Positions 62,698-64,000 of a stretch of 64,000 nucleotides of DNA are shown in pieces. The notes below the pieces were generated by a model that saw only the letters and a list, made by a program, of their open reading frames with translations, had not been told where the DNA came from and did not search any database. This DNA comes from a virus. The stretch spans positions 118,280-182,279 of IMG/VR virus record IMGVR_UViG_3300047160_018755; one strand, written 5' to 3'. The first letter of the stretch is position 1; every line of letters begins with the position of its first letter. A program made the position numbers and the translations under genes.

Positions 62698-62894
62698 GCG
62701 TAACCCCGAACGGTCTCTTCAAGCTGACGATGTACCTCCGGCGCGACCAGTACCTCTGGCTTCGCGCCGAAGCGCTGAAGGTCGTCATGGACCGCGGCGG
62801 GGGCCGCCCGGACGTCAGCGTCATCCTGCGCGAGATGATCGACAAGATCAAGGCCGACATGGATGAGGCCCAGAAGCCCCGGAGGAAGAAGTGA
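62694..62894 (+). CDS. ribbon-helix-helix DNA-binding protein (putative)
   Basis: KLTMYL..Q..WL...A......VSVILREMID. Confidence 0.6.
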   Translation: MSVTPNGLFKLTMYLRRDQYLWLRAEALKVVMDRGGGRPDVSVILREMIDKIKADMDEAQKPRRKK

Positions 62895-63085
62895 GGCGCA
62901 AGATCGTCACTGTGCTCCGTGGCCCGAGCGTGTGGCTCGGTCTCCGGGGATGGTTCCTGAAGGAAGAGGGCGACTTCGTGATCGGCAAGTTCTGGAGCAA
63001 GGACGACGCCGGCAGCAACGTGCCCTACCTCGTGCGCTTCCCGAGCAAGTGCGTGAAGGTCGAAGAGGAAGAGATCCAGGCCTGA
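62891..63085 (+). CDS. hypothetical protein
   Basis: GTGA overlap. Confidence 0.55.
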   Translation: MRRKIVTVLRGPSVWLGLRGWFLKEEGDFVIGKFWSKDDAGSNVPYLVRFPSKCVKVEEEEIQA

Positions 63086-63087
63086 GA

Positions 63088-63099
63088 GATTCGATAGAA
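63088..63099 (+). promoter_or_regulatory. GATTCGATAGAA motif
   Basis: Exact copy; TAGAAA lies 7 nt before def ATG. Confidence 0.7.
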
Positions 63100-63107
63100 A
63101 TGGGGCG

Positions 63108-63653
63108 ATGGCAAAGCTGCCCCTACTTCTGTACCCGAACCTGAAGCTCCGTCAACGCTCCGCGCAGGTCGATCCCGCGCTCGTCCCGACGGAGGCCTTC
63201 AAGAAGTTCCTCTCCGATCTCGCCGAGACCCTCACCTGGTACCGCGGCATCGGCATCTCCGCGATCCAGTGCGGGGTGCCCGACGCCGTGTTCCTGATGC
63301 GGAACACCAAGGGCGAGATCCTCCAGTTCGTCAACCCCGTCGTCGAAGACAGGGACGGCGAGAAGGTCGAGATGGAGGAGGGCTGCCTCTCCATCCCCGG
63401 CTTCACCGAGAAGGTAAAGCGCTACCCGAACGTCGTCGTCAGCTGCCTCAACCTCGAAGATGGTGGGCGCCGGGTCTACGACCTGGAGGGCATCGAGGCC
63501 CAGTGCGCGCAGCACGAGATGGAGCACCTCGCGGGCGCGATGTTCTCGGACGGCTACGGCGTCGCCAAGCGCGACCTCGTCAAGCGCAAGATCCAGAAGG
63601 CGCTCCGCCACGACCCTCGGTTCAAGCCCGAGACCTACTGGGAGGCGAAATGA
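63108..63653 (+). CDS. def: peptide deformylase
   Basis: GIGISAIQCG, EGCLSIP, QHEMEHLAG. Confidence 0.92.
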   Translation: MAKLPLLLYPNLKLRQRSAQVDPALVPTEAFKKFLSDLAETLTWYRGIGISAIQCGVPDAVFLMRNTKGEILQFVNPVVEDRDGEKVEMEEGCLSIPGFTEKVKRYPNVVVSCLNLEDGGRRVYDLEGIEAQCAQHEMEHLAGAMFSDGYGVAKRDLVKRKIQKALRHDPRFKPETYWEAK

Positions 63654-63973
63654 CGTTCCTTCAGAACCCGTTCCAGGTGAAGTTCCTCCCCGTGCTCATC
63701 TGCATGGTGCTCGGGGTGGCGGCAGCTGCGGTCACGGGCCAGATCTTCAAGGCCGTGGCAGTCTGCGGGATGCTCGCGATCCTCAACTGGTGCACGGCTG
63801 ACCAGCCCCTGAACGGACTGTATCTCTACGGATACATCGTGCTGGCGGTGCTGAGCCTCACCTTCGGCATCTCGCTCCTGGTCACGGCCCACGCGCTGGG
63901 GCCTGCGATCTGTGCCTTCGCTGTGGCTGCACTGCCGCTCTCCATCGTCTTCACGCGGAAAGGAAACGCATGA
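63650..63973 (+). CDS. small multi-pass membrane protein (holin candidate)
   Basis: ATGA overlap; three to four hydrophobic segments, basic C-terminus. Confidence 0.55.
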   Translation: MTFLQNPFQVKFLPVLICMVLGVAAAAVTGQIFKAVAVCGMLAILNWCTADQPLNGLYLYGYIVLAVLSLTFGISLLVTAHALGPAICAFAVAALPLSIVFTRKGNA

Positions 63974-64000
63974 GCTTCTTCGAGAAGGAGGACTACGACC
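63970..64000 (+). CDS. partial ORF at the window end (MSFFEKEDYD...)
   Basis: ATGA overlap. Confidence 0.4.
   Translation, partial: MSFFEKEDYD

Noticed and set aside
1-64000. CRISPR arrays, tRNA genes, IS elements, stop-codon reassignment
   Set aside because: No regularly spaced repeats, canonical cloverleaves or transposases seen; conserved genes are full length in code 11 and use all three stops

Overview
This 64 kb window is from a large, GC-rich tailed dsDNA phage (Caudoviricetes); gene density and content indicate a phage, not a host chromosome. The left half (1-34.6 kb, mostly minus strand) is a head-morphogenesis region with SPO1/Twort (Herelleviridae)-like parts: terS, terL, portal, MuF-like protein, prohead protease, scaffold, major capsid protein and neck proteins. 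Nucleotide-metabolism genes (dNMP kinase, ThyX), a DNA ligase, SbcD, GroES and a sigma factor are interspersed. The right half (34.6-64 kb, plus strand) is a replication/recombination region: initiator, DnaB, GroEL, SbcC, RuvC, class II RNR, DnaE, gp32-like SSB, UvsY-like, RecA, primase, NDK, peptide deformylase and free-standing HNH nucleases. The most unusual feature is a set of putative head-packaged enzyme polyproteins whose domain boundaries are marked by an [LMVF]xK[AS] motif that also sits at the capsid propeptide. They are (1) the prohead protease fused to an HhH-GPD glycosylase-like domain and an intact GGDEF diguanylate cyclase, (2) an mCpol (minimal CRISPR polymerase) cyclase gene that the ORF track missed, and (3) a peptidase-NUDIX-ParB-HEAT-kinase protein. 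Together they suggest a virion-delivered nucleotide-signalling kit. Other findings: two phage promoter motifs spaced for leaderless mRNAs, two sigma-like genes, a cloverleaf-like RNA before dnaE, recoded gene tails next to each HNH nuclease, and a candidate origin. All family calls come from motif recognition by eye and recalled family consensus; no searches were run.
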